A stretch of 64,000 nt of DNA from assembly GCA_965208105.1 (NCBI GenBank), contig OZ242318.1, forward strand, positions 1,120,001 through 1,184,000. The letters are read 5' to 3'. Origin of the DNA: Candidatus Latescibacterota bacterium (GTDB lineage: Bacteria; Latescibacterota; UBA2968; UBA8231). Numbering within the stretch: the stretch's first letter is position 1; every line of letters begins with the position of its first letter. A program made the position numbers and the translations under genes. Below are positions 39,605 through 49,331 of this stretch, piece after piece. The notes below the pieces were generated by a model that saw only the letters and a program-made list of their open reading frames with translations, did no database searches and was not told the origin of the DNA.

Positions 39605-41461
39605 ATGCCGCGATTCAGCAAGTTCCTCCTCCTGACCCTGGTCGTCCTCGTGGATCACTCCCTGGAGGCCGAATCCTCCGGTTCGGAGCTGGAGAGGGAG
39701 TTCGGCAAGTTCCTCTGGCCCATAGCCGAGCACATCCACAGATATTACTTCGAGGAGATCCCCGCCGACAGTCTCATGAGCGCCGGGGTCGAAGGCCTCT
39801 TCCACGCCCTCGACCCGGCCTCCGGCTACACCCTCAGGGAAGGCGACAGGTATCCATTCCAGACCTTCCTGAATATCGCCCGGTCCGTCGATCAGAAAGC
39901 ATTCTATACGGTCAGCGCCGATACCCTGGTGCGCTTCGGAATCGCCGGGATGATGGGGATTCTCGATCCCTACACCGTCTTCATGGAAAAGCGCAACCTG
40001 GACAACTTCAACATCCGCACCAGGGGCCACTACGGCGGCCTCGGGTTCAAAATCCAGGTGGTCTATCCCGACAGCGCCATCGCGGTGTGGTCCCTCCTGC
40101 ACGACGATACCCCGGCGGCGCGGGCAGGGGTCAAGTCCGGCGACCTCATCATCGCCATCGACGACAGCTCCACCAGGCACATGTCCGCCGGCGACGCGGC
40201 CGACCTGATGCGCGGCCAGCCCGGCACCTCCGCGACACTCACCCTCAGCCGCGCCGGCATCCCCGAAACCTTCGACCTGACCATCGAGCGCGAAGAAGTG
40301 AGCATGCACAGCGTGCCTTACCACACCCTCTTCCCCGATTCCACCGGGTACGTCAAGCTCGAACGCTTTCAGCAAAGCGCCAGCCGCGAGCTGCGGGAGG
40401 CGCTGGAGGACCTCCAGTCAAGGGGGATGGAGCGTCTCATCCTCGATCTCCAGTACAACGGCGGAGGCTACCTGCCCCAGGCGGTGGAGGTGGCGGATCT
40501 CTTCCTGGGCAAGGACAGGCTCGTGGTCTTCCACGCCGGGCGCGCCTACAAGGACACCACCAGACTCCTGACCAAGGAAGACCCCGTGGTCGCCGACGAG
40601 CCCCTGATCGTGCTGGTCAACGAGGCCTCGGCCAGCGCTTCGGAGATCGTCGCAGGGGCCATCCAGGACTGGGACCGCGGCCTGATTCTGGGAATGCCCA
40701 CCGTGGGCAAGGGCTCTGTGCAGCAGATCGTTCGCATCGACGAGAAGGCCGAGCTGAAGCTGACTACGGGCGCCTATTTCACTCCCAGCGGCCGCTCCAT
40801 CGACAAGCGCATGCGCAAGGATTCCACCCTGGTGGGCGCTCCCGACAAACGGTTCCACACCCTGGTGCGGGACCGGGTCGTGCGCGGCGGCGGAGGCATC
40901 ACGCCGGACATCGAGGCCGAGGACCTGAGCCCGTCCCGCCTCTATTCCCAGCTTGCCGGGGGGCGCACCCTCAACAACCGGTTCTTCCATTTTTCGCGCC
41001 AGTACGCGGCCGATCATCCGGACATCTCCCCGGACTTTCGCGCCGACGGCGGCCTCCTCGGCGAATTCCGCGAATTTGTCAGGGAGCATGGTTTCGAGTA
41101 CGTCAGCGAGGCCGAGGCCCGCCTGGACGACCTGGAGAAGGCCTCGGAGGGAGAGGAGTTCGAGAAGCTTGAAAAATCGCTCCAGCGTCTGCAGGAGGAG
41201 ATCGACAAAATCGAAGAGGGCCACTGGGACGAAGGTTCCGAGCTGATCCAGTGGCGGCTCACCTTCGACATTCTCGAGAAAACCATTGGCCTGAGGGCGG
41301 CAATTGCCTACCAGGTCGAAGCCAGTCCCCGGGTCCAGCGCGCGCGCGCGATCCTGAGCGACCACCAGGTCTACGAGCAATGGCTCGAGAAGAGCGAAAT
41401 CGGCGCTGAGCAGAAAGAGACCGTTGCCCAGGACCAGGGCGGCGAAGGGCTGCAGCAGTAA
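39605..41461 (+). CDS. ctpA: S41 C-terminal processing protease
   Basis: LDPYT, PDZ domain, LILDLQYNGGG, SASASEIVAGAIQD, GKGSVQ. Confidence 0.9.
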   Translation: MPRFSKFLLLTLVVLVDHSLEAESSGSELEREFGKFLWPIAEHIHRYYFEEIPADSLMSAGVEGLFHALDPASGYTLREGDRYPFQTFLNIARSVDQKAFYTVSADTLVRFGIAGMMGILDPYTVFMEKRNLDNFNIRTRGHYGGLGFKIQVVYPDSAIAVWSLLHDDTPAARAGVKSGDLIIAIDDSSTRHMSAGDAADLMRGQPGTSATLTLSRAGIPETFDLTIEREEVSMHSVPYHTLFPDSTGYVKLERFQQSASRELREALEDLQSRGMERLILDLQYNGGGYLPQAVEVADLFLGKDRLVVFHAGRAYKDTTRLLTKEDPVVADEPLIVLVNEASASASEIVAGAIQDWDRGLILGMPTVGKGSVQQIVRIDEKAELKLTTGAYFTPSGRSIDKRMRKDSTLVGAPDKRFHTLVRDRVVRGGGGITPDIEAEDLSPSRLYSQLAGGRTLNNRFFHFSRQYAADHPDISPDFRADGGLLGEFREFVREHGFEYVSEAEARLDDLEKASEGEEFEKLEKSLQRLQEEIDKIEEGHWDEGSELIQWRLTFDILEKTIGLRAAIAYQVEASPRVQRARAILSDHQVYEQWLEKSEIGAEQKETVAQDQGGEGLQQ

Positions 41462-41535
41462 GTCATGCCCCACCCCGGGTCCGAGGCGCGATGCAAGCAA
41501 TGAATCGAAAATCCGAAGGGCGGTGCGGTCCCACC

Positions 41536-42498
41536 ATGGCAGAGACCAAGGGTCCAGGAAGGCTGCCGCCCTGGCTCAAGGCCAAGGCCCCCGGAAGCCC
41601 CAACTACCTCGAGCTCAAGCACCTGGTGCGCGGCCTCGAGCTCCACACCGTGTGCGAGAGCGCCCACTGCCCCAATATCGGGGAGTGCTGGAGCCGGCGC
41701 ACGGCCACCTTCATGATCCTGGGGGATATCTGCACCCGCAGCTGCGGCTTTTGCGCCATAAAGACCGGACGGCCCGAATCCCTCGACGAAGATGAGCCCC
41801 ACCGCGTCGCCGCCGCCGTTGCCTACCTGGAGCTGCGTCATGCGGTGATCACCTCGGTCAACCGCGACGAACTTCCCGACGGCGGCGCCCGCATCTTCGC
41901 CCGCACCCTGGAGGAGCTGCACCGCCGCTGCCCGCAAACCACGGTTGAAGTCCTCATCCCGGATTTCAAGGGCAACTGGGAGGCGCTGGAAGCCGTCCTC
42001 GCGGCCGGTCCGGACATCCTCAATCACAACGTCGAAACGGCGCCGCGCCTCTATCCCGTAATGCGCCCCCAGGCTCGCTACGAGCGCTCCCTCGAGCTTC
42101 TGGACCGGGCCCGGAGGGCGGGGCCTGCCCCCACCAAGTCGGGCATCATGCTCGGCGCCGGGGAAAGGAGGGACGAGATTGCCCGCACCATCGGCGACCT
42201 GGCCGCAGTGAACTGCAGCATTCTCACCATCGGACAGTACCTTAGCCCTTCTCCCCGGCACGTCCCCCTTGACCGCTTCGTCCACCCGGACGAGTTCGAG
42301 GAGTGGCGCTCATACGCCCTCGGCCTCGGTTTCCGCCACGTGGAATCCGGCCCCCTGGTGCGCAGCTCCTACCACGCCGAGGAGCAGGTGAGCGACATGC
42401 ATGCCAGGGTCCTTGCGGAAACCCCCGGGGGCCCGGACCTGCCGCCCTCAGCTCCTCTGCAGCAAATCGACACCACCTTCTTCCCGGGAACGCAATAG
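41536..42498 (+). CDS. lipA: Lipoyl synthase
   Basis: TVCESAHCPNIGECW, CTRSCGFC, VRSSYHA; start may be 41491. Confidence 0.97.
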   Translation: MAETKGPGRLPPWLKAKAPGSPNYLELKHLVRGLELHTVCESAHCPNIGECWSRRTATFMILGDICTRSCGFCAIKTGRPESLDEDEPHRVAAAVAYLELRHAVITSVNRDELPDGGARIFARTLEELHRRCPQTTVEVLIPDFKGNWEALEAVLAAGPDILNHNVETAPRLYPVMRPQARYERSLELLDRARRAGPAPTKSGIMLGAGERRDEIARTIGDLAAVNCSILTIGQYLSPSPRHVPLDRFVHPDEFEEWRSYALGLGFRHVESGPLVRSSYHAEEQVSDMHARVLAETPGGPDLPPSAPLQQIDTTFFPGTQ

Positions 42499-42503
42499 AC
42501 CTG

Positions 42504-43505
42504 ATGAACCTGAGCAAAGAAGCCCTGCCGGCCTATCTGAAGCGCAAAAAGCTGTCACAGAGAGAAGCTCTGACCGTTCGCCAAATCGGCGACGGACAGA
42601 AGAACCTGATCTACCACGTCTCCGACTCGGAGGAAACCTGGCTCATCAAGCAGGCCCTTTCCAGGGTGCAGATCAAGGAGCGCTGGTGGGTGGACCGCCG
42701 CCGTGTCTTCGCCGAGAAGACCTGCATCGAGATCCTGGCGCAGATCCTGCCCCCTGACGTGATTCCGGATATAATCCTGGAAGACCGGACGGACTTCATA
42801 CTGGTCACCACTCCTCCGCCCAAGGACGCGGTGTGGTGGGAGGAGGATTTGAACAGGGGCCGGATCGACCTGCAGATAGCGGTGCAGTGCGGCGAGCTTC
42901 TGGCCACGGTCCACAACGAAACCATCGACAAACCGGATCTCCTCGCCCTATTCAAGGACACCAAGGCCTTCGAGCAGCTCCGTCTCGAACCTTTCTACGG
43001 CAAAGTCGGGCAGGCCTTCCCGGACCTTAAGAAGATCATCGACAATCAGGCCCGGAACCTGCTGAAGAACCGCCGCACCCTGGTTCTGGGGGACCTGCGG
43101 CCGCGCAACGTGTGGATCAACGCGGGCCAGGTCTACCTGGTGGACTTCGCCACCGTCCACTTCGGCAACCCATCCTTCGACCTGGCCCTCTACTCCGCCG
43201 ATCTGTGCATCCGGGCGATGCGCAACAGCATCCAGAAAGCCGCCTATCTGGAAGCGGTCAACGTCTTCTGGAACGCCTATTTCAGGATGGGGGAATACGA
43301 CGGGAAAGAGGAAACGGAAAAAAGCGCGGTGCGCGATCTGGGATGCCTGCTGCTCAGCGCCACCGACGGGCGCCTGCCCACCGCCAACCTGCCCCCGGAG
43401 ACCGAGAACCTGGCGCGCCGCATCGCCCAGAGCCTGCTCTTCACCGAACTCAACCGCATAGAAGACATCACCGAGTTCGTCAACCGCACCCTGATCGACG
43501 GCTAG
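42504..43505 (+). CDS. APH / methylthioribose-kinase-like phosphotransferase
   Basis: IGDGQKN, IKQAL, GDLRPRN, VDF..HFGNPSFDL. Confidence 0.75.
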   Translation: MNLSKEALPAYLKRKKLSQREALTVRQIGDGQKNLIYHVSDSEETWLIKQALSRVQIKERWWVDRRRVFAEKTCIEILAQILPPDVIPDIILEDRTDFILVTTPPPKDAVWWEEDLNRGRIDLQIAVQCGELLATVHNETIDKPDLLALFKDTKAFEQLRLEPFYGKVGQAFPDLKKIIDNQARNLLKNRRTLVLGDLRPRNVWINAGQVYLVDFATVHFGNPSFDLALYSADLCIRAMRNSIQKAAYLEAVNVFWNAYFRMGEYDGKEETEKSAVRDLGCLLLSATDGRLPTANLPPETENLARRIAQSLLFTELNRIEDITEFVNRTLIDG

Positions 43506-43626
43506 CCCGCCCACCGGAAGCCTCGGCAAGACCGCAACACCCACGGCAGAACTCCTGCCGGAAGACCACCTCGAACCCCTGCCCTGGCGGTGCGCCGGGA
43601 CGGGCGCCGGCGACTATCTCGCGGCC

Positions 43627-43792
43627 TAGTGTCCCGTCGCAGAGATAGGTTGACGCAATTGGGCCGCCGAGGCGCCCGGCTCACAAGACGCCTGAGCGAG
43701 TCGTACCAGTGGTGTACGGCGAGTGAAGGCAACGCCGTGAGCCGGGATGGATCGGCGGAAAAATGGCGACATATTTCTGCGACGGGACACTA
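43627..43792. mobile_element. Putative MITE with terminal inverted repeats and TA flanks
   Basis: TAGTGTCCCGTCGCAGA ... TCTGCGACGGGACACTA (20/21 match); left end repeated at 47235. Confidence 0.75.
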
Positions 43793-44554
43793 TCCTCCCG
43801 CCGCCTTCTGTTTGATGTGGCGCTGCAGGTCGACGCTGCTGGAGAGGATGTGGGCGCTCATCTCCTCCCTGGCTTCCTCCGGCCGGCGCTCCTCGAGGGC
43901 CGACAGGATCCTGCCGTGCTGGTTCAGAGACAGGCGCGCCCGCTCCCCTTTTCCGGGAGCGGTGGGCTGTGCCAGGCTGCCCTTGATCCATTCCTGCAGA
44001 TAGGCCCGCGTGGTGCCCAGGAGGCTGGCCAGAATGGAGTTCTGGGTCGCCTGGGCGATGAGGAGGTGGAAATGCAGATCGAACTCGAGAAAGCGGTCGG
44101 GCTCCCCCACCGCTCCCTCCATGCCCGCCAGGGCCCGCTCGATCTCGGCCAGGTCGTCCGCGGTGGCGCGTTGAGCCGCCAGGAAGGCGGTCTGGGACTC
44201 CAGGGTCAGGCGGGTCTCCACCAGGTCCTGGACTTTCTTGCGGTCGAGCAGAAAGCCCCACTGCAGGACCTTCTCCAGGTGTTTCCTGTTGTTGTTGCAG
44301 ACGAACGTCCCCTCGCCGACGCGCCCGTCGAGAATGCCCATGACCGCCAGCGAACGCAGCGCCTCCCTGAGGGACGTGCGCCCCACCCCGAAGGTCTTGC
44401 AGAGCTCCCTTTCGGCCGGCAGGCGTTCGCCGGGCTTGAGCACGTCCCGCGAAATGAGGTCGATGATCTGTTCCACGATTTCGTCACTCAGGGATGTCCG
44501 CGTGACGGGCTTGATGTCCTTGAGGTCAAGGTTGGACCTGAGCGCGACTCTCAA
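43790..44554 (-). CDS. FadR/GntR family transcriptional regulator
   Basis: LKPGERLPAERELCKTFGVGRTSLREAL, FCD domain FDLHFH; start uncertain. Confidence 0.92.
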   Translation of the reverse strand: MRVALRSNLDLKDIKPVTRTSLSDEIVEQIIDLISRDVLKPGERLPAERELCKTFGVGRTSLREALRSLAVMGILDGRVGEGTFVCNNNRKHLEKVLQWGFLLDRKKVQDLVETRLTLESQTAFLAAQRATADDLAEIERALAGMEGAVGEPDRFLEFDLHFHLLIAQATQNSILASLLGTTRAYLQEWIKGSLAQPTAPGKGERARLSLNQHGRILSALEERRPEEAREEMSAHILSSSVDLQRHIKQKAAGG

Positions 44555-44628
44555 TTCCAGCTTCTCCGTCGAGCAGGCATGGCCGGGGGGACCGGGGCAG
44601 GCCTGGAGAGAGAGAGGTAAATTTTCAC

Positions 44629-44684
44629 TTTACAAATCGGCTGAATTTGGTATTATATTGGTCTGCTTGGAATTGGTCAGACCA
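44629..44684 (+). promoter_or_regulatory. Putative promoter plus FadR-type operator
   Basis: TTTACA-N16-TATTAT followed by the palindrome TGGTCAGACCA (44674-44684), matching the TGGT-N3-ACCA FadR-family consensus. Confidence 0.6.
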
Positions 44685-44758
44685 TCGTCACATTTAAGAT
44701 TAGCGACCATTTATCCGGCTGTCAAGAAGAATTGGCGCCGTCAACAAGGACCTTGACC

Positions 44759-45388
44759 ATGGCCCGCACCGTCGCCATCGGCCAGCGCATCGAGCTGGTC
44801 TCCATGGACCCGCACTTCCACGATATTTCCATTGCCCTCTACCTCCAGGAGGGCGACGAGGGGCCTGAATACCTGGTCCACACCTACAGCGGCCGGGAGG
44901 GAGCCCCCCGGCGCATCGCATTCGTGAAGAGCGCCATGGCAACCCTCGGCGGCCTCCAGTTCACCGGGGCGGGACTGCTGCGGTTCCACTGCGGAGATCC
45001 GCACCTCCTGGGGATCAAGCGGGTGTTCCTCGAGGCCTGCAAGCTCGACTCCAAGACCGCAGTCGAAGCGCGCCCTTTGTCCATCTTCGACCGCAAATGC
45101 GGCCGCAACATCCTCGCCGTCAGTTGTGGGGGCGGGGTCTACCGAATCGTTGCCGAAGGAGGGGAAGAGGGCGCCGAGCGGCGCATCTCGGCCATTGCTG
45201 GAGGTCTGATCAAACTGGGAGAAATGGAGGACCGCCAGACCGACGAAGTGGCCTTTTCCTGCGGCGAAGCCCACGACGCCCTTGTCGGCCTGCTGCTGGT
45301 GCGGGCGCCCAACGTGCGGGCCGCCTTGCGCGAGCAGGAGGCAGCGGAGGCGCGCGGCACCCTTTCCGCTCCCAGCCAACAGAAATAA
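44759..45388 (+). CDS. Hypothetical protein, first gene of the methyl-transfer cluster
   Basis: ORF with host-like codon usage, co-oriented with the cluster; no family recognised. Confidence 0.7.
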   Translation: MARTVAIGQRIELVSMDPHFHDISIALYLQEGDEGPEYLVHTYSGREGAPRRIAFVKSAMATLGGLQFTGAGLLRFHCGDPHLLGIKRVFLEACKLDSKTAVEARPLSIFDRKCGRNILAVSCGGGVYRIVAEGGEEGAERRISAIAGGLIKLGEMEDRQTDEVAFSCGEAHDALVGLLLVRAPNVRAALREQEAAEARGTLSAPSQQK

Positions 45389-45411
45389 TCCGCGCAGGAG
45401 AGGAGATGATC

Positions 45412-46461
45412 ATGGCAACCCAGACTGCAGCCCCGATGAGCCCGCGCCAGCGCGTACTGGCGGCCCTGCGCCGCGAGCCGGTGGACCGCACCCCCTGCTG
45501 CAATCCCACCTCGCTGGCCACGGTGGAGCTCATGGACCTGGTGGACGCCCACTTCCCGCAGGCCAACCGCGAGCCGGAGCTCATGGCGCGGCTGGCGGCC
45601 ACCGGACATACCGAGCTTGGTTTCGACAGCATCATGCCCGTCTTCACCATCATTCAGGAGTCGTCCGCCCTGGGGTGCAAAATCCAGTGGGAGCAGAAGG
45701 ACAACTGGCCCACGGTGAGGATGCGCGAGCCCATCTGGGAGGAACCCGACGACATCGCGATTCCGGCCGACTTCCTCACCCACCAGGACACCACTTGCGT
45801 TATCGAAGCCATCAAGATTCTCAGAAAGGAATTCGGCGACGAGGTGGCCATCGTCGGCAAGACCATGGGTCCCTGGTCTCTCGGCTACCACTGCTTCGGG
45901 GTGGAGCCGTTCCTGCTTATGTCCCTTGACGACCCGGGCAAGACCAAGCTCTGCCTCGACAAAATGAAGGAAATCACGGTGGACTTCGGCGTCGCCCAGA
46001 TCGAAGCCGGGGCCGACGCCCTGACCCTTCCCGACCACGCCACCGGCGACCTCGTCAGCGGCGAGTACTACGCCCGCTACCTGCGCGACCTGCACATCGA
46101 ATTCGTCGACCGCATTCCCATTCCGATCATCCTCCACATCTGCGGCCGCACCGTGGACCGCATGGATTACATCGCGCAGACTGGGATGGCTGCCTTTCAC
46201 TACGACTCGAAGAACCAGCCGGACGAATCCATGGAGGTGGTGAAGGACCGGATCTCCCTGGTGGGCAACATCAACAACCCTGAGACCCTCTTCTCCAAGG
46301 GCCCAGAGGACGTCCGCGGGGAAGTCTACAAGAATCTCGATTCGGGCGTGCAGCTCGTCGGACCCGAATGCGCCATTCCGCTGCAGACCTCCATCGAGAA
46401 CCTCAAGGAAATACCGCAGGCCGTGCGCGACTGGCACAGGGACCATCCGGCCGCCAATTGA
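45412..46461 (+). CDS. MtaA/CmuA-family (URO-D fold) corrinoid methyltransferase
   Basis: MSPRQRVLAAL..VDRTP, QIEAGAD, LHICG and ECAIP Zn-ligand motifs, GNINNP. Confidence 0.88.
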   Translation: MATQTAAPMSPRQRVLAALRREPVDRTPCCNPTSLATVELMDLVDAHFPQANREPELMARLAATGHTELGFDSIMPVFTIIQESSALGCKIQWEQKDNWPTVRMREPIWEEPDDIAIPADFLTHQDTTCVIEAIKILRKEFGDEVAIVGKTMGPWSLGYHCFGVEPFLLMSLDDPGKTKLCLDKMKEITVDFGVAQIEAGADALTLPDHATGDLVSGEYYARYLRDLHIEFVDRIPIPIILHICGRTVDRMDYIAQTGMAAFHYDSKNQPDESMEVVKDRISLVGNINNPETLFSKGPEDVRGEVYKNLDSGVQLVGPECAIPLQTSIENLKEIPQAVRDWHRDHPAAN

Positions 46462-46481
46462 GCTTTAAAAGAAGGAACGAC

Positions 46482-47237
46482 ATGGCAGAAATCGCCGACA
46501 TAGAAAACGAGTTCATTCGCGCCGAAATCGAGGAATACATCGAGCGCCCCGACGAGATAGAGCGCCTGGTCGGCCTCTTCGCCGAAGCCAGCCCCGCCAT
46601 GCAGAACATCTCCGCCGCCCTCATCGACGGGGACAACGGCACCGTTGACGAGTTGACCAAGGAAGCCCTCGACGCGGGGACCGAGGCCCTGGAGATCATG
46701 GACGACGGCCTCATCGCCGGCATGGCGGTGGTGGGCATCAAGTTCCGCGAGAACTTCATCTTCGTCCCCGAGGTGCTGGCCTGCGCCCGCGCCATGAAGG
46801 CGGGCATGGCCTACATCGAACCCATCCTCTCGGCTTCGGGGGTCGAGCCCATCGGCACCGTGGTCATGGGCACGGTCAAGGGAGACCTGCACGACATCGG
46901 CAAGAACCTGTGCATCATGATGCTGCGCGGCGCCGGATTCGTGGTCCACGACCTGGGAGTGGACACCTCCGAGGACGAATTCCTGGATGCCATCGAGGAG
47001 CACGAGGCACCCCTCATGGGCATGTCGGCGCTGCTTACCACCACCATGCCCAACATGGGAAAGACCATCGAGGCCTTCATCGACGCCGACCTGCGCGACG
47101 ACGTCAAGATCATGGTGGGCGGAGCTCCCGTCACCCAGGAGTTCGCCGACGACATGGGGGCCGACGGCTACGGCAAGGACGCCCTCGCCTGTGTCGCCCT
47201 GGCCAAGGACTTGCTCGCGGAACCCGCAAGCGCCTAG
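46482..47237 (+). CDS. Corrinoid (B12-binding) methyl-carrier protein
   Basis: FVPEVL cap, VKGDLHDIGKNL (DxHxxG), SALLTTT, VGGAPVT. Confidence 0.93.
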   Translation: MAEIADIENEFIRAEIEEYIERPDEIERLVGLFAEASPAMQNISAALIDGDNGTVDELTKEALDAGTEALEIMDDGLIAGMAVVGIKFRENFIFVPEVLACARAMKAGMAYIEPILSASGVEPIGTVVMGTVKGDLHDIGKNLCIMMLRGAGFVVHDLGVDTSEDEFLDAIEEHEAPLMGMSALLTTTMPNMGKTIEAFIDADLRDDVKIMVGGAPVTQEFADDMGADGYGKDALACVALAKDLLAEPASA

Positions 47238-47288
47238 TGTCCCGTCGCAGAGATAGGTTGACGAAATTGGGCCGCCGACGCGCCCGGC
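47235..47288. repeat. Partial second copy of the MITE left end
   Basis: 52/54 identity to 43627-43680. Confidence 0.8.
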
Positions 47289-47406
47289 CGGCGAGGTGCA
47301 CGGGCGCGGTTATGAGGGAGAGACCGCACCGCGAAAATTGTCCCCGGGGGCCGTGAAGCTGGGCCTCTACTGATCCCCTGTGCGCTCTGAAACTGTTGGA
47401 AACGAG

Positions 47407-49314
47407 ATGCAGAAAATCGACGCGGAAGCCTACCGGAAGCGCATCGACAAGCTCAGCGAGATATACGCGGGAATCGCCGCCCACGCCGACGAGCAGGCCA
47501 CCTACCGCTGCCCCTACAAGAACCGCTTCGACGAGTGCACCGCCAAGTTCGGCTGCCGCAACCAGCGCAAGCCCGGCTCCCAGGGGGGCCTGCTCAGATG
47601 CGGCGGCGACGACAAGCTCGACTACCGCAGCGCCTGGGAGACCGAACCCGGCGCTCCGCCGGCCAGGGACGGGATAGAAGCGGGACCGGGCAGCATCCGG
47701 CACGACGGCGCCAGCCGGCCGCTGGCGGTGGGGCAGACGGTCTTCGACTACGCCGACGAGCTGGCCGTGCAGGTGCCCACCTCCTGCGGCCGGACCGGGC
47801 ACTGTCACGAGTGCATCGTCGAGATCAAGGAGGGGATGGAGGCCCTGAACGGGCGGACCCCGGACGAGTCTTTCCTGCAGGACAACTACAGGCTGGCCTG
47901 CCAGGCCCGGGTGGATGACGCCGCCATCGACGTGGAGTTCGCCCCCCTGCGCCGCACCCCCAAGATCCTCTCGATCAGCCGGGAAAAACCCATTTCCCCC
48001 GATCCCATGGTCACCCGGCGGGACGGCACGGTCTACTACGGCGACGAAGCCGTCGACTCCTACCGCGGCCACCTCTACGGCCTCGCCGTGGACCTGGGCA
48101 CCACCACCGTGGTCCTCAACCTGGTTGACCTGGAGAGCGGCCGCACCCTCCACGTCAGCTCCTTCGAGAACCCGCAGCGCTTCGGTGGAAGCGACGTGAT
48201 GCACCGCATCTCCTACGACGGCACCTATCCCGGGGAACTGGGGCAGGCCATCGTCAAAGCGCTCAACCACGAGATCGTGGCCATGGCCCGGCGGCTCGAA
48301 TTCACCCGCCAGGAAATCTACGAAGTGGTCGTCGCCGGCAACTCCACCATGCGCGACATCTTCTTCGGCCTCGACGTCCAGAGCATCGGCCAGAAACCCT
48401 ACAAATCCCTTGTCGAGCACGACTACCTCGAAGGCAGGCGCAAAACCACCGCCCTGGTCGAGAAGACGCGGCGCCTGGGGCTGCGCGCCAACCCCGCCGC
48501 CCGGGTCTACGGCATGCCCCTGATCGCCAGCCACGTGGGCGCCGACACTGCCGCGGACCTGGTGGCCATCGACATGGAGTCCCAGGAAGAGGTGGTCATG
48601 CTGGTGGACGTGGGCACGAACACCGAGGTGGTGGTGGGCCACCGCGGCCGCCTGTTGACCGCCTCCTGCCCCGCCGGACCCGCCTTCGAGGGCGGCCTGA
48701 TCACCTATGGCATGCCCGGCTACGAGGGGGCCATCGAATCCATCCGCCTGCGCGGCGAACGCTTCGCCTGCCGCACCATCGGCGGCCTCGAGCCCCAGGG
48801 CATCTGCGGCTCCGGCCTCATCGACCTGCTGGCCGAACTGCGCCGCCACGAGCAGATGACCCCCAAGGGGGTGTTCTCCGGCAAGAGGTACGAACTGACC
48901 GTCGTTCCCGAGCGCAACATCACCTTCTCGCGCGCCGACGCCAGCAATCTCGCCCAGGCCAAGGCGGCCAACTACTGCGGCCAGCTCATTGTGCTGCGCC
49001 ACTTCGGGATCGACCCGCACGAGGTGAGCAAGCTCTACCTGGCCGGGGGCTTCGCCTACTACGTCGACGTGCCCAGCGCGGTCGAGATCGGGTTTCTGGC
49101 TCCGGTGCCCGAGGAGCGCATCGTCAAGATCGGCAACGCCGCGGTCCAGGGCGCCCGGGAAGTCCTGCTGTCCAGGGGGCGCCGCGAGGCCATCGAATCC
49201 CTGGTCAAAACCGTGGAGCACGTCGAGCTTGAGACCACCCCCGACTTCTTCGAGATCTTCGTCGAAGGTTGCCAGTTCAAGCCGATGCCCCCCCCTTCCA
49301 CCGTGTCGAACTGA
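47407..49314 (+). CDS. ASKHA-ATPase/2Fe-2S reductive activator of corrinoid proteins (RACo/DUF4445-like)
   Basis: CGRTGHCHEC..RLACQ ferredoxin, VDLGTTT, NPQRFGGSDV, DVGTNTE, AGPAFEGG, GICGSG. Confidence 0.9.
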   Translation: MQKIDAEAYRKRIDKLSEIYAGIAAHADEQATYRCPYKNRFDECTAKFGCRNQRKPGSQGGLLRCGGDDKLDYRSAWETEPGAPPARDGIEAGPGSIRHDGASRPLAVGQTVFDYADELAVQVPTSCGRTGHCHECIVEIKEGMEALNGRTPDESFLQDNYRLACQARVDDAAIDVEFAPLRRTPKILSISREKPISPDPMVTRRDGTVYYGDEAVDSYRGHLYGLAVDLGTTTVVLNLVDLESGRTLHVSSFENPQRFGGSDVMHRISYDGTYPGELGQAIVKALNHEIVAMARRLEFTRQEIYEVVVAGNSTMRDIFFGLDVQSIGQKPYKSLVEHDYLEGRRKTTALVEKTRRLGLRANPAARVYGMPLIASHVGADTAADLVAIDMESQEEVVMLVDVGTNTEVVVGHRGRLLTASCPAGPAFEGGLITYGMPGYEGAIESIRLRGERFACRTIGGLEPQGICGSGLIDLLAELRRHEQMTPKGVFSGKRYELTVVPERNITFSRADASNLAQAKAANYCGQLIVLRHFGIDPHEVSKLYLAGGFAYYVDVPSAVEIGFLAPVPEERIVKIGNAAVQGAREVLLSRGRREAIESLVKTVEHVELETTPDFFEIFVEGCQFKPMPPPSTVSN

Positions 49315-49331
49315 CCGACGGCCGCATCTCC

